A stretch of 64,000 bases of DNA from an uncultured Candidatus Rokubacteria bacterium (GTDB lineage: Bacteria; Methylomirabilota; Methylomirabilia; Rokubacteriales; DASRDR01). Position 1 is the first letter of the stretch. Every line of letters starts with the position of its first letter. Position numbers and translations under genes: made by a program. This document shows positions 18,951 through 29,150 of the stretch, piece after piece. The stretch is taken from assembly GCA_963805625.1 (NCBI GenBank), contig CAWDVE010000013.1:224001-288000 (forward strand), given 5' to 3'. Below the pieces are notes generated by a model. That model worked only from the letters and a program-made list of their open reading frames with translations, made no database searches and had not been told where the DNA came from.

Positions 18951-19609
18951 CAGGCGTCCTGCCGTCGGGAGAGCGTCGATTCGACCGGTGGCGCCCCCGA
19001 CGCCCCCGCGGGCCGCTGGTTCAGGAGGTGCACGACAGCGCTGTCACCACGGTATTCGATCAGACTCCAGGCGGCGTAGTCCTGGGCGAGGCGAAAGATA
19101 TTACCGAGCGGCAATCCCAGAGCTTCCGCGAGGATCACGCGGTTGGTTCCCCCATGGGCGATGACGGCGATGCGCCGACCGGCATGCCGCTCGACGACCC
19201 TCCGAAGAGCGGGCACGGCGCGCGCGCGCAGTTCGGCCAGGCCCTCGCCCTCCGGGAACGGCATCGCGAATGGATCGGCGAGCCACCGGTCGCACAGCTC
19301 CGGCTCCCGTGCGTGGATCTCGGCAAACGTGAGACCCTCCCAGCGCCCCATGGCCATCTCGCGGAGCGTCGGCACCGTGACCACGCTCGTTCCGCGAGCA
19401 GCGGCAAGCGGCGCCGCGGACTGCTGCGCGCGGAGCAGGTCGCTCGCATAGACCGCCTCGATCGGCTCCGCTCTGAGGCGCTCCCCGAGCGCAGCCACCT
19501 GAGCGAGACCGCCGGGCGACAGGCCGATGTCCGTGTGCCCGAAGAAGCGCCCCTCCGCCGCGTGGAGCACCTCGCCGTGGCGGGCAAGGTACACCCACGT
19601 CGACGCCAT
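18950..19609 (-). CDS. cobC: Histidine phosphatase, probable alpha-ribazole phosphatase
   Basis: RHGE, SDLLRA, GRWEG and HGG motifs; coupled to cobS. Confidence 0.8.
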   Translation of the reverse strand: MASTWVYLARHGEVLHAAEGRFFGHTDIGLSPGGLAQVAALGERLRAEPIEAVYASDLLRAQQSAAPLAAARGTSVVTVPTLREMAMGRWEGLTFAEIHAREPELCDRWLADPFAMPFPEGEGLAELRARAVPALRRVVERHAGRRIAVIAHGGTNRVILAEALGLPLGNIFRLAQDYAAWSLIEYRGDSAVVHLLNQRPAGASGAPPVESTLSRRQDA

Positions 19610-20361
19610 CAGATCAGCTCCAGGAAGTCGAGACTCACGCCGAGCGTGAGGACGACGGCCTCGGTCCCCTCGACGACCGCTCCGAGCGTGTCGCCGGTGA
19701 ACCCCCCGAGTCGGTGGCGCAGATAGGCGGCCCAGGCCCATGCCATGCCACCGGTCACCGCGAGCGCGAGCGCGCCCCAAGCTCCGAGCGTCGCGATCGA
19801 GACCAACGCCGCAACCAGCCCACCCGCCACGAGGGTTGGCCACCGGGCACCCGCCGCGAGCGCGTGGCCAGCCCCTTCCGGGCGGGCGGGTCGGCCAAGG
19901 GCCACGAGCAGGAGCGGGCCCGCCCGGCCGAGGACCGGCGCCAGGACGAGCGCTCTCCAGGCGAGGCCTTCCGGCAGGCTCGCCAGTGCTGCCGCCTTGA
20001 GACCGAGCACCAGGACGATCGCGGTCACCCCGTACGGCCCGCTGCGGGCATCCCGCATGATCGAGAGCGTGCGCTCCCGGGACCAGCCCCCGCCGAGGCC
20101 GTCACACGAGTCAGCGAGCCCATCGAGATGGAGGCCACCGGTCAACCCCACCCACAGCGCGACGAGAAGCATCGCGCCGACGCCCGGAGGCACGACGCGA
20201 TCGACCGCGAACGACGCGAGGGCGAGGCACGCACCGACCGCGAGTCCGACCACGGGGAACCAGCCGGCCGCACGGCCGACGTCGCCGGCGACCCGGCTCT
20301 GCGGAAGCGGCAGGACCGTCAGGTAGCGGAAGGCGACGAGGGCACCGCCGAGGGCCGTCAT
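19609..20361 (-). CDS. cobS: Adenosylcobinamide-GDP ribazoletransferase
   Basis: TGGLHLDGLADSCDG, IMRDARSG, LGGFTGDTLGA. Confidence 0.95.
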   Translation of the reverse strand: MTALGGALVAFRYLTVLPLPQSRVAGDVGRAAGWFPVVGLAVGACLALASFAVDRVVPPGVGAMLLVALWVGLTGGLHLDGLADSCDGLGGGWSRERTLSIMRDARSGPYGVTAIVLVLGLKAAALASLPEGLAWRALVLAPVLGRAGPLLLVALGRPARPEGAGHALAAGARWPTLVAGGLVAALVSIATLGAWGALALAVTGGMAWAWAAYLRHRLGGFTGDTLGAVVEGTEAVVLTLGVSLDFLELI

Positions 20362-20425
20362 CGATCCATCGTCAGCGGAGCAATGGCCGGGTGGTCGCGT
20401 GAACCGCCCGGTGGCTCATCGGCGG

Positions 20426-21958
20426 CTAGACGGGGTAGACGCCGTTCCGGCGCGGCGGGAAGCGGTGCCGCTTGGTGCCCGCGTAGCCGAGGCGCTTGGT
20501 CAGCTCGCCGCGAAGCTCCGACGGCGGGACCACGGCGTCGACGAGCATCTCCGAGGCGAGCCGGAAGACGTCGATGTCCTTCTGGAACTCCTCGCGCCGC
20601 TCGCGCACGAACGCGGCACGCGCCTCACCCTCGAGCTCCATGATGCGATTGTAGTAGACGGCGTTGATCGCGGGCTCGGGTCCCATGATCGCGATCTGGG
20701 CCTGGGGCAGCGCCAGCACCGCATCCGGTTCGAACGCCTGGCCGCACATCGCGTAGAGGCCGGCCCCATAGCATTTCCGGACGACGACCAAGATCTTGGG
20801 AACGGTCGACTGCGACGTCGCGAAAATCATCTTGGCGCCGTGCCGGATGATCCCCGCCCGTTCGACCTTCGAGCCGACCATGAATCCCGAGACGTCCGCG
20901 AGGTATACGAGGGGAACGTTGTACGCATTGCAGAGCCAGATGAATCGCGCCGCCTTGTCCGCGGAGTCGACGAAGAGGACCCCGCCCTTGACCTTCGGCT
21001 GGTTCGCGACGATCCCGACCGCCCGTCCCCCGAGCCGCGCGAAACCGGTGATGATCTCCCGAGCAAAGAGCGCCTTCACCTCGAGCCACGAGCCCGCGTC
21101 CACGAGCCCGCGGATCACCTCGTGCATGTCGAAGTACTTCCGCTGATCGTAGGGCACGATCTCGTCGATCGGGCGGCTCGGCTCTGGATCGGCCGGCGCG
21201 ACGTCCGACACCCGGTCGCGGTGACTCTGGGGCATATAGCCGAGATACCGCCGGGCCACGGCGATGGCCTCCTCGTCGGAACCCGCCAGGACGTCCCCGC
21301 ACCCCGACTCCTCGCAGTGCATCCGCGCACCGCCGAGCGCCTCGTGATCGATCTTCTCACCGATGGCCATCTCGACCATGCGGGGTGAGCCCACGTACAT
21401 CGACGCCTTGCCCTCGACCATGATCACGACGTCCGTGAGCGCGGGCAGGTAGGCCGAGCCAGCAGGCGACGGTCCGAAGAGGATGCAGACTTGGGGAACG
21501 ACGCCCGAGAGCTGCACCTCATTGTAGAAGATGCGGCCGGCGTGGTGGCGGCCGGGGAAGATGCGGATCTGCTCGGAGATACGGGCGCCCGCCGCGTCGA
21601 CGAGGTAGATGAGTGGTATCTGGAGGCGCGCCGCCTTCTCCTGGATACGGATGATCTTCTGGACTGTCTTCTCGCCCCAGGAGCCGGCCTTCACCGTGAA
21701 GTCGTTGGCCATGACGCAGACCGGCCGGCCCAGGACCGTGCCCACTCCGGTGACGACGCCGTCGGCGGGCGTCTCGGGCTCGGCGGCGCGGGCGAGGAGC
21801 CAGTCCTCCTGGAACTCGGTGCCGGGGTCGAGGAGGAGGTTGAGGCGGTCGCGGACGAAGAGCTTGCCCTCCGCCCGGAGCTTGTCGCGGTACTTGACGT
21901 GCCCCTGCCGGACGCGCGTGATCTCGTCCCGGAGGCGCCGCTCGCTCACGCCCGGCAT
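20426..21958 (-). CDS. Acyl-CoA carboxylase carboxyltransferase (beta) subunit
   Basis: PADGVVTG, NDFTVKAGSWG, DAAGARI, ANQP, DVSGFMVG, YGAGLYAM. Confidence 0.93.
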   Translation of the reverse strand: MPGVSERRLRDEITRVRQGHVKYRDKLRAEGKLFVRDRLNLLLDPGTEFQEDWLLARAAEPETPADGVVTGVGTVLGRPVCVMANDFTVKAGSWGEKTVQKIIRIQEKAARLQIPLIYLVDAAGARISEQIRIFPGRHHAGRIFYNEVQLSGVVPQVCILFGPSPAGSAYLPALTDVVIMVEGKASMYVGSPRMVEMAIGEKIDHEALGGARMHCEESGCGDVLAGSDEEAIAVARRYLGYMPQSHRDRVSDVAPADPEPSRPIDEIVPYDQRKYFDMHEVIRGLVDAGSWLEVKALFAREIITGFARLGGRAVGIVANQPKVKGGVLFVDSADKAARFIWLCNAYNVPLVYLADVSGFMVGSKVERAGIIRHGAKMIFATSQSTVPKILVVVRKCYGAGLYAMCGQAFEPDAVLALPQAQIAIMGPEPAINAVYYNRIMELEGEARAAFVRERREEFQKDIDVFRLASEMLVDAVVPPSELRGELTKRLGYAGTKRHRFPPRRNGVYPV

Positions 21959-21999
21959 GGTAGCACGGCGGTCGGGCGCGGCCCGGCGTGCGCCGGGAG

Positions 22000-23265
22000 C
22001 TACTCTTCGCGGGAGCGGATCGCGATGATCAGGACGCCGGTCAGGTGCGGCAGGCCACCGATCAGAGCCGGGCGCCGGGGCGGGACGTCCATCACGGTCG
22101 CCAGCTCTCCGACCGGCCCGCGCTTGATGCGCACCAGGATCCGGACGATCGGCCGCCTGATGCCGAGCGGCTGGATCTCCATCTCGCGCCCGCCGGGGAG
22201 CGCGAAGCGCTGCAGCATGCCGACGGGCATCCGCGTCTCGAAGGCGCTCACGGGCTCATAGTGGGAGTACTGAAACACCTCCCGGAGCCGCGGCACCCAG
22301 AGCTGGAGACGGACCGGCTGGCCGCACCCGCTCTGAAGCTCCGCGGGAGGTCCCGTCCCCGGCGACGGAGCGGGGTTCGCGACGTCGGGTGTGGGCGGGA
22401 GCCCGGCCTGGGGCGCGCTACCGGGAGGGCCGCCAGGAGGACCGATCGGCGGCCCCCCCGGCCGCGCGATCCCCGCGGGCGGATTCGATGCGAACATCAC
22501 GAGCGCGTACACGCAAACCTGCTGGGCGGGCGGTCCACCCGGAGCCGCCGTCGGCGGCGGAAGGACCCCCGGTGGCGGCAGCGGGGGAAGCTGGGCACGA
22601 GCGGGCCCGACCGCGACGAGAAGCCCCACGAGGGCTGCGACGAAGAGAGCGAAGCCCGGACCGAGAACCTCGCGAAGACGCTTCCTCGCGTGGTGCAGGC
22701 GGGACATCACGGTCCCCATGGGAATGCCGAGCACCTCCGCGATCTCCCGGTACTGGAGCCCTTCGATGTCGCTGAGGATGATAATGGCTCGGTGGTGCTC
22801 TGACAAGGAATCGAGTCCTTTTCGGATTCGCTCACGGGTCTCCACACCGGTTGCAACGTCCTCAGGATCGGGATCGGTCGACGTCGCCGTGCGCTCCCAC
22901 TCCTCCGGGGGGACGTCCTCGGCGCCGAGCGATTTTGCCCGGGTGGCCCGCTGGCGTTTCCGGTCGAGTGCAACGTTCATCGTGATGCGGAAGAGCCAGG
23001 TGTAGAACGCCGAGTCCCCCTTGAAGGCCGGCAGGGCGCGGAAGGCCTTGACGAAGGCCTCCTGGGCGACATCGAGCGCCTCCTCCTGATCCCGGAGCAC
23101 CTGGTATGCCAACCGGAACACCTTGCGCTTGTACTTCTCGACCAGGGGCTCGAACGCCTCCGTGTCGCCGGCCTGGACCCGCCGGACCGCCTCGCGGTCG
23201 TCTTCGCTCACAAGGCCGACCCGGCGGGGCGCCGGGCCGGAAGGCGTCCCGCCGCCCACCGCCAT
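22000..23265 (-). CDS. ECF sigma factor with C-terminal TM/signal-like helix and Pro-rich extracytoplasmic domain (start may be GTG 23211)
   Basis: Region 2 DVAQEAF...FYTWLFRI, region 4 YREIAEVLGIPMGTVMSRLHHAR, then FALFVAALVGLLVAVGPARA-Q in the same frame. Confidence 0.88.
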   Translation of the reverse strand: MAVGGGTPSGPAPRRVGLVSEDDREAVRRVQAGDTEAFEPLVEKYKRKVFRLAYQVLRDQEEALDVAQEAFVKAFRALPAFKGDSAFYTWLFRITMNVALDRKRQRATRAKSLGAEDVPPEEWERTATSTDPDPEDVATGVETRERIRKGLDSLSEHHRAIIILSDIEGLQYREIAEVLGIPMGTVMSRLHHARKRLREVLGPGFALFVAALVGLLVAVGPARAQLPPLPPPGVLPPPTAAPGGPPAQQVCVYALVMFASNPPAGIARPGGPPIGPPGGPPGSAPQAGLPPTPDVANPAPSPGTGPPAELQSGCGQPVRLQLWVPRLREVFQYSHYEPVSAFETRMPVGMLQRFALPGGREMEIQPLGIRRPIVRILVRIKRGPVGELATVMDVPPRRPALIGGLPHLTGVLIIAIRSREE

Positions 23266-23315
23266 CGAGTCCAGACGCCGGTCACCTTCTCAGACTCCTC
23301 GGGCCGGTCGCGCAT

Positions 23316-23759
23316 TCAGCGCCGAGCGACGCAGGCGAGGGCCGCATCCAGCCCCAGGGTGTAGCTGTGGACCCCGAAACCGGCGATCTGGCCCCGGCAA
23401 GCCCCGGCGGTGACGGAGCGGTGACGAAAGGGCTCTCGCCCGTGGACGTTGGAAAGGTGAACCTCCACGGCAGGCAGCGTCACCGCGGCGAGGGCATCCC
23501 GGATCGCATAGGAGTAGTGCGTGAGTGCGCCCGGATTAATCACGATCGCCGCAAAGCCCTGGTCCGCAGCGCCCTGGATCGCGTCGATCAGCACGCCCTC
23601 GTGATTCGACTGCCGGCACTCCACCCGGACGCCGCGCGACGCCGCGTGGGTCGCGATCGCCGCGTCGACCTCGGCCAGGGTCGTCGTCCCGTACACGCCT
23701 GGCTCGCGCTGGCCGAGCAGGTTCAGGTTCGGGCCGTGGAGCACCAGGATCGCCGTCAT
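23316..23759 (-). CDS. aroQ: Type II 3-dehydroquinate dehydratase
   Basis: [40 protein letters not shown]. Confidence 0.97.
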   Translation of the reverse strand: MTAILVLHGPNLNLLGQREPGVYGTTTLAEVDAAIATHAASRGVRVECRQSNHEGVLIDAIQGAADQGFAAIVINPGALTHYSYAIRDALAAVTLPAVEVHLSNVHGREPFRHRSVTAGACRGQIAGFGVHSYTLGLDAALACVARR

Positions 23760-23967
23760 GTCGGGTCCCTCCGAAAGCCGGGTCGCCGCGCTCCCGCTCG
23801 GACAGCTTCAGGCCGCCTGGGCGCGAGCCCGCCCCATCGGAGACTAGCACAGGGGCGATCGCACCCGAGTGCGCGGTCCTATCCCCGCCCCTCTTCATTC
23901 TTCCACGGAGCGAGCCAGGCCTCGAGAGCGCGGAGACCCCAGGTGCTGGCGAGCGCCGGGATCGCCG

Positions 23968-24714
23968 TCAGTGGCCGTGGAGGCCTGTGGCCTCCAGCAC
24001 CGACTCGGCGACGTAATAGAGGAGGACGCCCCCGAAGACGGCCAGGGCGACTCCCCAGCTCCGCTCCTTGTTGACCTCGGGGATGAGGTCCGAGGCCGCG
24101 ACGTAGATCGTTACCCCGGCCGAGAGCGCCAACGCCTGTCCCACGATCCCGCTGAACAGGTTCAGGAACACCACACCGGCGATGGTCGCCAGGCCCAGCA
24201 CTGCGGAGGCCAAGAGCGCGGCCCGCCGGGACGCGCCGGATGCCAGCATGAGGGACCCGACGGCGAACCCCTCCGGGAGCTTGTGGAGCAGCACCGCCCC
24301 GAACAGGATGAATCCGAGCGGCCGGCTCACCAGGAAGCCCGACGCGATCGCCACCCCGTCGAAGAACGTGTGGATGCAGAGCCCGGCCAGGGCCAGGTAT
24401 CCCACCGCCGGGTGGACGAGGGCGTCGTGGTGGATCTCCTCCCCGAAGTGGAAGTGCGGGGTTAGCGTGTGCTCCGTCAGGTGCACCACGAAGTAGCCGA
24501 TCAGGACGTACAGATAGAGGTGGGAGCCCTTCTCCAGGCTTTCGGGCACCATCCGGAGGAACGCTACAGCGAGCATGAAGCCGGCGCCGAGCGCCAGAAA
24601 GTACTGGAGGAACGCCCGGTCCCAGTGGCGGCGCCGGGCCACGAGAGCCCCGCCCACCACGTCGGCGAGCCCCGCGACCGCCCCCAGGATCAGGGACAGC
24701 TCACGCGGGGACAC
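23968..24714 (-). CDS. ZIP-family metal transporter
   Basis: HTFFDG and LHKLPEG metal-site motifs; His-rich loop HFHFGEEIHH. Confidence 0.92.
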   Translation of the reverse strand: MSPRELSLILGAVAGLADVVGGALVARRRHWDRAFLQYFLALGAGFMLAVAFLRMVPESLEKGSHLYLYVLIGYFVVHLTEHTLTPHFHFGEEIHHDALVHPAVGYLALAGLCIHTFFDGVAIASGFLVSRPLGFILFGAVLLHKLPEGFAVGSLMLASGASRRAALLASAVLGLATIAGVVFLNLFSGIVGQALALSAGVTIYVAASDLIPEVNKERSWGVALAVFGGVLLYYVAESVLEATGLHGH

Positions 24715-24851
24715 GCCGGCGACCCTTGGACGCTATCATTGCAAAGACGTTGCAATACAGGCTGTTGGGCTGTCAAGGGAAACATTCCTTGCCGCCCCGT
24801 CCTCAGATCCGGTAAGGTACCGAATTGCCGAAGCGAATTCGGCTCAACCTC

Positions 24852-26558
24852 ATGATCTCCGGCCATTCCCCGTCGTTCGGACGATGGCTGACCGGGACAG
24901 GCCTCCTCTCGGACGCAGAGCTGGCGCGGGCCGAGGCACACCGTCAGTCCACCGGCGAGCATCTGTCCGATGCTCTGGTCCGGCTCGGGCTCTCGAGCGC
25001 GGAGGAGGTGGGCCAAGCCCTGGCCCGTCACCTCGAGATCGCCTACGTCGGGCGTGAAGAGTTCCCCTCGAGCCCGCCATTCCTCCAGCGGCTGTCGCCC
25101 CAGTACATGCGCCAGTACCGCTTCTGCCCCCTCGCCGTCGAGGACGGCGTCCTCGTGGTGGCGTGTGCCGATCCAACCGACCCGACGGTCGTCGACGAGC
25201 TCCGCGGAACGCTGGGAATCGACATCCGCCTGGCCGTGGCGACCGAGACCTCGATCCTCGAGGCGATCGAGCGGTACTTCGGTGCCGGCTCGACGGCGGT
25301 CCAGAAGGTCATCGAGACGATTGGCGACGACGAGCGAGCGGACGAGGTGGGCAGTGAGGATGTCACCTCCCTCCGAGACATGGCATTCGACGCGCCGGTG
25401 GTCCGTCTGGTCAACCTCCTCATCGAGAACGCGATCAAGGCGAACGCCTCCGACGTGCACATCGAGCCGTTCGAGGACAGCCTCCGGGTCCGCTACCGGA
25501 TCGACGGCGTGCTCTTCGACGCCGAGACCCCGCCCAAGCGTCTCCGGGCTGCGATCACCTCGCGGATCAAGATCATGGCGGAGCTGAACATCGCCGAACG
25601 CCGGCTGCCACAGGACGGGCGTATCCGCATGGGCCTGGAGGGACGCCGGCTCGACATCCGCGTTTCGACCATCCCAACCCTCCACGGCGAGAGCGTCGTG
25701 ATGCGCATCCTGGACAGGGCGGCGATCCTCCTCCCCCTCGACCGTCTCGGCTTCGACGACCGCGCCCGCCGGGCGATCGAGCACGTCATCGAGCTTCCGC
25801 ACGGCATGCTGCTGGTCACGGGCCCGACGGGCTCCGGGAAGACCACCACCCTCTATGGCGCGCTCCATAAGATCAACTCACCAGATAAGAAGATCATCAC
25901 CATCGAGGATCCGGTCGAGTACCAGCTCCAGGGCATCAACCAGATCCACGTGAAGCCCAAGATCGGATTGACGTTCGCCGCCGGCCTCAGGCACATCGTC
26001 CGCCAAGACCCCGACGTGATCATGGTCGGGGAGATCCGCGACCTCGAGACGGCCGATATCTCTATCCACGCCGCGCTGACGGGGCACCTGGTCTTTTCGA
26101 CGCTCCACACCAACGACGCGCCCGGCGCACTGACCCGGCTTCTCGACATGGGCGTGGAGCCGTACCTCGTGGCCTCGGTCCTGGAGGGCGTCCTGGCCCA
26201 GCGCCTCGTCCGCCGGGTGTGTGCGGGCTGCCGCAAGCCCTACGAGCCCGACGCGGGCGAGCTCCGGGCGCTGGGCATTGACCGTGTCCCCGCGGGCGCG
26301 CGGCTGTCGCGCGGGACCGGCTGCGGGGATTGTCGCGGCACGGGCTACCGGGGTCGCACCGGGATCTACGAGTTCATGGGGATGAACGAGGAACTCCGCG
26401 GCCTAGCTCTCCGAAAGACCCCGGCACACGAGATCCGCCAGTGGGCGGTCGCTGCCGGCATGACGACGCTCCGTCAGGACGGCTGGCACAAGTGCCGCCT
26501 CGGCGTGACGACCGTGGAGGAGGTCCTCCGCGTGACCCACCAGGACTGGGAGGCGTAG
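24852..26558 (+). CDS. gspE: Type II secretion ATPase
   Basis: ASDVHIEP, ERRLPQDGR, GPTGSGKTTT, RQDPDVIMVGEIRD, tetracysteine motif. Confidence 0.95.
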   Translation: MISGHSPSFGRWLTGTGLLSDAELARAEAHRQSTGEHLSDALVRLGLSSAEEVGQALARHLEIAYVGREEFPSSPPFLQRLSPQYMRQYRFCPLAVEDGVLVVACADPTDPTVVDELRGTLGIDIRLAVATETSILEAIERYFGAGSTAVQKVIETIGDDERADEVGSEDVTSLRDMAFDAPVVRLVNLLIENAIKANASDVHIEPFEDSLRVRYRIDGVLFDAETPPKRLRAAITSRIKIMAELNIAERRLPQDGRIRMGLEGRRLDIRVSTIPTLHGESVVMRILDRAAILLPLDRLGFDDRARRAIEHVIELPHGMLLVTGPTGSGKTTTLYGALHKINSPDKKIITIEDPVEYQLQGINQIHVKPKIGLTFAAGLRHIVRQDPDVIMVGEIRDLETADISIHAALTGHLVFSTLHTNDAPGALTRLLDMGVEPYLVASVLEGVLAQRLVRRVCAGCRKPYEPDAGELRALGIDRVPAGARLSRGTGCGDCRGTGYRGRTGIYEFMGMNEELRGLALRKTPAHEIRQWAVAAGMTTLRQDGWHKCRLGVTTVEEVLRVTHQDWEA

Positions 26559-27772
26559 TGCCAACCTTCGCCTATCGTGCCGCCGACCGGACCGGGCGGA
26601 CCGTCGACGGCATGATGGAGGCCTACGACGCCAACGCGGTCGTCGAGCGCCTCCACCGGGAGCACTATTACCCGCTCCGGGTCGAGGCGACGGCCGAGCA
26701 AGGCCGGCCTGGCTGGCGCCTGCTCGGCGCGCCGCGCGTACCCTCGCGCGACGTCCTCGACTTCACGCAGCAGCTCGCCACCCTGGTGGAGGCGGGCCTG
26801 CCACTCGAGCGGGCCCTGGTCGTGCTCAGCGAGGTGTCCGCCAGCCGGCGGCTCCGGCAGATCGTGCAGGACGTGACGCAGAGCGTCCGGTCGGGATCGA
26901 CGCTCGCCGACGCGCTGGCCCACCACCAGCCACGCCCGTTCTCGCGTCTGTATGTGAATACCGTCCGTGCCGGCGAGCGCGGCGGCGTCCTCGAGATCGC
27001 CCTCCGCCGGCTCGCCGAGCACCTAGAGGGAGCCCGAGAGCTCCGCGAGGCGGTCGTCTCGGCCCTGATCTACCCGGCGCTCCTCCTCGTCGTGGGCACG
27101 GCCGCGGTCATCTTCCTGCTGACCTTCGTCCTGCCGCGCTTCGCGGTCATCCTGGCGGACCTCGGCCAGACGCTCCCTCTGCCCACGCGCCTCGTGATGG
27201 GGGTCAGCGAGGTGTTCGTGACGTACTGGTGGGCGGTCGCGGCGGTGGTGATCGCGGTCGCTGGCTTCTGGCAGGCCATGGCCCGGTCTGAGGCGGGCCG
27301 GCTCCAGCTGGACACGGGGCTTCTCGCGCTCCCGGGCGCGGGCGCGGTGCTGCGAAAGATCGAGGTGGGGCGCGCCATCCGCACGCTCGGCACTCTGCTC
27401 TCGTCCGGAGTGCCCCTGCTCGGCGCGCTCGACGTCGCCCGGGAGGGCGCCGGGAACCGCGTGATCTCGAACGCTCTCGTCGCCGTCCACGGAGGCGTCA
27501 AGCGTGGCGAGGGGCTCGCCCGGCCGATGGCCGAGACGGGCGTCTTCCCGTCCCTGGTCGTCCACATGGTGCGAGTGGGCGAGGAAACCGGTCGGCTCGA
27601 CGACATGCTCGGGCGGGTCGCCGGCACCTACGAGCGCGAGGTTCGCGTCGCGGTCCGCCGGCTGGTGGCGACGCTCGAGCCCGCCATCATCGTCGTGCTG
27701 GGCGCCGTGGTGCTGACGATCGTGCTCGCGATCCTCCTAGCGATCCTGAGCGTGAACGAGCTGCCTCTGTGA
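26558..27772 (+). CDS. gspF: Type II secretion inner-membrane platform protein
   Basis: FTQQLATLVEAGLPL, AGERGG, ALIYP, VGEETGRL, LEP. Confidence 0.93.
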   Translation: MPTFAYRAADRTGRTVDGMMEAYDANAVVERLHREHYYPLRVEATAEQGRPGWRLLGAPRVPSRDVLDFTQQLATLVEAGLPLERALVVLSEVSASRRLRQIVQDVTQSVRSGSTLADALAHHQPRPFSRLYVNTVRAGERGGVLEIALRRLAEHLEGARELREAVVSALIYPALLLVVGTAAVIFLLTFVLPRFAVILADLGQTLPLPTRLVMGVSEVFVTYWWAVAAVVIAVAGFWQAMARSEAGRLQLDTGLLALPGAGAVLRKIEVGRAIRTLGTLLSSGVPLLGALDVAREGAGNRVISNALVAVHGGVKRGEGLARPMAETGVFPSLVVHMVRVGEETGRLDDMLGRVAGTYEREVRVAVRRLVATLEPAIIVVLGAVVLTIVLAILLAILSVNELPL

Positions 27773-27780
27773 GGTCCCTG

Positions 27781-28275
27781 ATGCCCATTCCGCGAAAACC
27801 CGATCGTCCGCCCTCCACCCCGCCAGGTGGACGCCGCCGCCGGCCGAGCACCCTCGATCAAGCTGGGTTCACGCTCATCGAGCTCCTGATCGTCGTCATC
27901 ATCCTGGGCGTCCTCGCCGGCCTCGTGGGCCCGCGACTGTTCGGGCGGGTGGGCCAGTCACGCCAGGCGGCCGCCCGCGTGCAGATCGAGCTGCTCGGGG
28001 CGGCCCTCGACCAGTTCAAGCTCGACGTCGGGCGCTACCCCTCGAGCCAGGAGGGGCTCCAGGCGCTCCAGCAGAGCCCCGGAAACGCGCCCGGCTGGGA
28101 GGGCCCGTACCTCAAGAAGGAGGTTCCCCGGGACCCGTGGGGGAGCCCGTATCAGTACCGGAGTCCCGGCGAGCACGGTGAGTACGACCTCTCCTCGCTG
28201 GGCTCGGACGGCGCCGAGGGAGGGGACGGCGAGGCCACGGACTTGACGAGCTGGAGTGAGGGCAAGACCCGGTGA
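27781..28275 (+). CDS. gspG: Major pseudopilin
   Basis: GFTLIELL, YPSSQEGLQAL, GPYL...DPWG...SLGSDG. Start is either 27769 or 27781. Confidence 0.95.
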   Translation: MPIPRKPDRPPSTPPGGRRRRPSTLDQAGFTLIELLIVVIILGVLAGLVGPRLFGRVGQSRQAAARVQIELLGAALDQFKLDVGRYPSSQEGLQALQQSPGNAPGWEGPYLKKEVPRDPWGSPYQYRSPGEHGEYDLSSLGSDGAEGGDGEATDLTSWSEGKTR

Positions 28276-28733
28276 GCCCGCACGCTCCGGGACGCGACGC
28301 GAGGGGACTCACCCTCATGGAACTCGTCGTCGTCCTCGCGGTGCTGGCCACCGTGACGGCCTTCGCGCTGCCGTCCATCCGTCGCGGCAGCGAGGGTCTC
28401 CAGCTCCGGGCGGGGGCCGGCCGCGTGGCGTCCCTCCTGCGCGAGGCACGCCAGCAGGCCGTCACGCACCGGCGGCCCACGCGGGTCGCCCTCGAGCCGA
28501 ACCACCGCGGCGCCGCCCTGGCGTGGGACGGAAGCAACGAACCCCTGCGCCGCGTCGAGCTGCCGGATCGGTTCCGTCTGGAGGCATCCGCGGGCAGCGA
28601 GACCCTCACGTTCTCCTCGCGCGGACTGGTCCGCGACGCTCGGTGGGTGGTGGCGGGTCCCGGCGGCCGCCGCCTCGTCGTCGAGGTCCACGGCGTGACC
28701 GGGCGGGTGGCGGTCGCGCCCCCCGCGCCCTGA
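28272..28733 (+). CDS. gspH: Minor pseudopilin H
   Basis: Class III signal RG-LTLMELV; operon position. Confidence 0.85.
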   Translation: MSPHAPGRDARGLTLMELVVVLAVLATVTAFALPSIRRGSEGLQLRAGAGRVASLLREARQQAVTHRRPTRVALEPNHRGAALAWDGSNEPLRRVELPDRFRLEASAGSETLTFSSRGLVRDARWVVAGPGGRRLVVEVHGVTGRVAVAPPAP

Positions 28734-28742
28734 GCCCGTCAC

Positions 28743-29150
28743 ATGAGACCATCGGTCGGCGCCCGCAGGCAGGACAAGGGGTTCACGCTCCTCGAGGTTC
28801 TCGTGGCGCTCTTCGTCCTCGCGACCACGGTCGTGGCGGTCCTCCAGCTCTTCGGGGGCGGGCTCCGGTTAGCCCGGGCCGCTGGCGACCACGCCGATGC
28901 CGCGCTCCTCGCGAGCGCAAAGCTCGCCGACCTCGAACCTGGCCCCCTGGCCGAGGGGTCGACCGAAGGTTCGGACGGCCCGTACCGCTGGACTCGTCGG
29001 GTGACGCTCGACCCGGCGCTCCTTCCCGTCCAGCCCGACACTCCGGAGGCGATGCTCATCCGGCTGGCGCGCGTGAGCGTGGAGGTCCAGTGGGGACAGG
29101 GCCGCCGTTTCGAGCTCGCCACGCTCCGCGTCTGGCGGATCGGCTCGTGA
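28743..29150 (+). CDS. gspI: Minor pseudopilin I
   Basis: KG-FTLLEVL; operon position. Confidence 0.85.
   Translation: MRPSVGARRQDKGFTLLEVLVALFVLATTVVAVLQLFGGGLRLARAAGDHADAALLASAKLADLEPGPLAEGSTEGSDGPYRWTRRVTLDPALLPVQPDTPEAMLIRLARVSVEVQWGQGRRFELATLRVWRIGS

Noticed and set aside
18950-20361. cobS-cobC as part of the neighbouring rSAM cassette (B12-dependent rSAM idea)
   Set aside because: The rSAM protein has no N-terminal cobalamin-binding domain, and hslR, an aminotransferase and a likely separate promoter lie in between.
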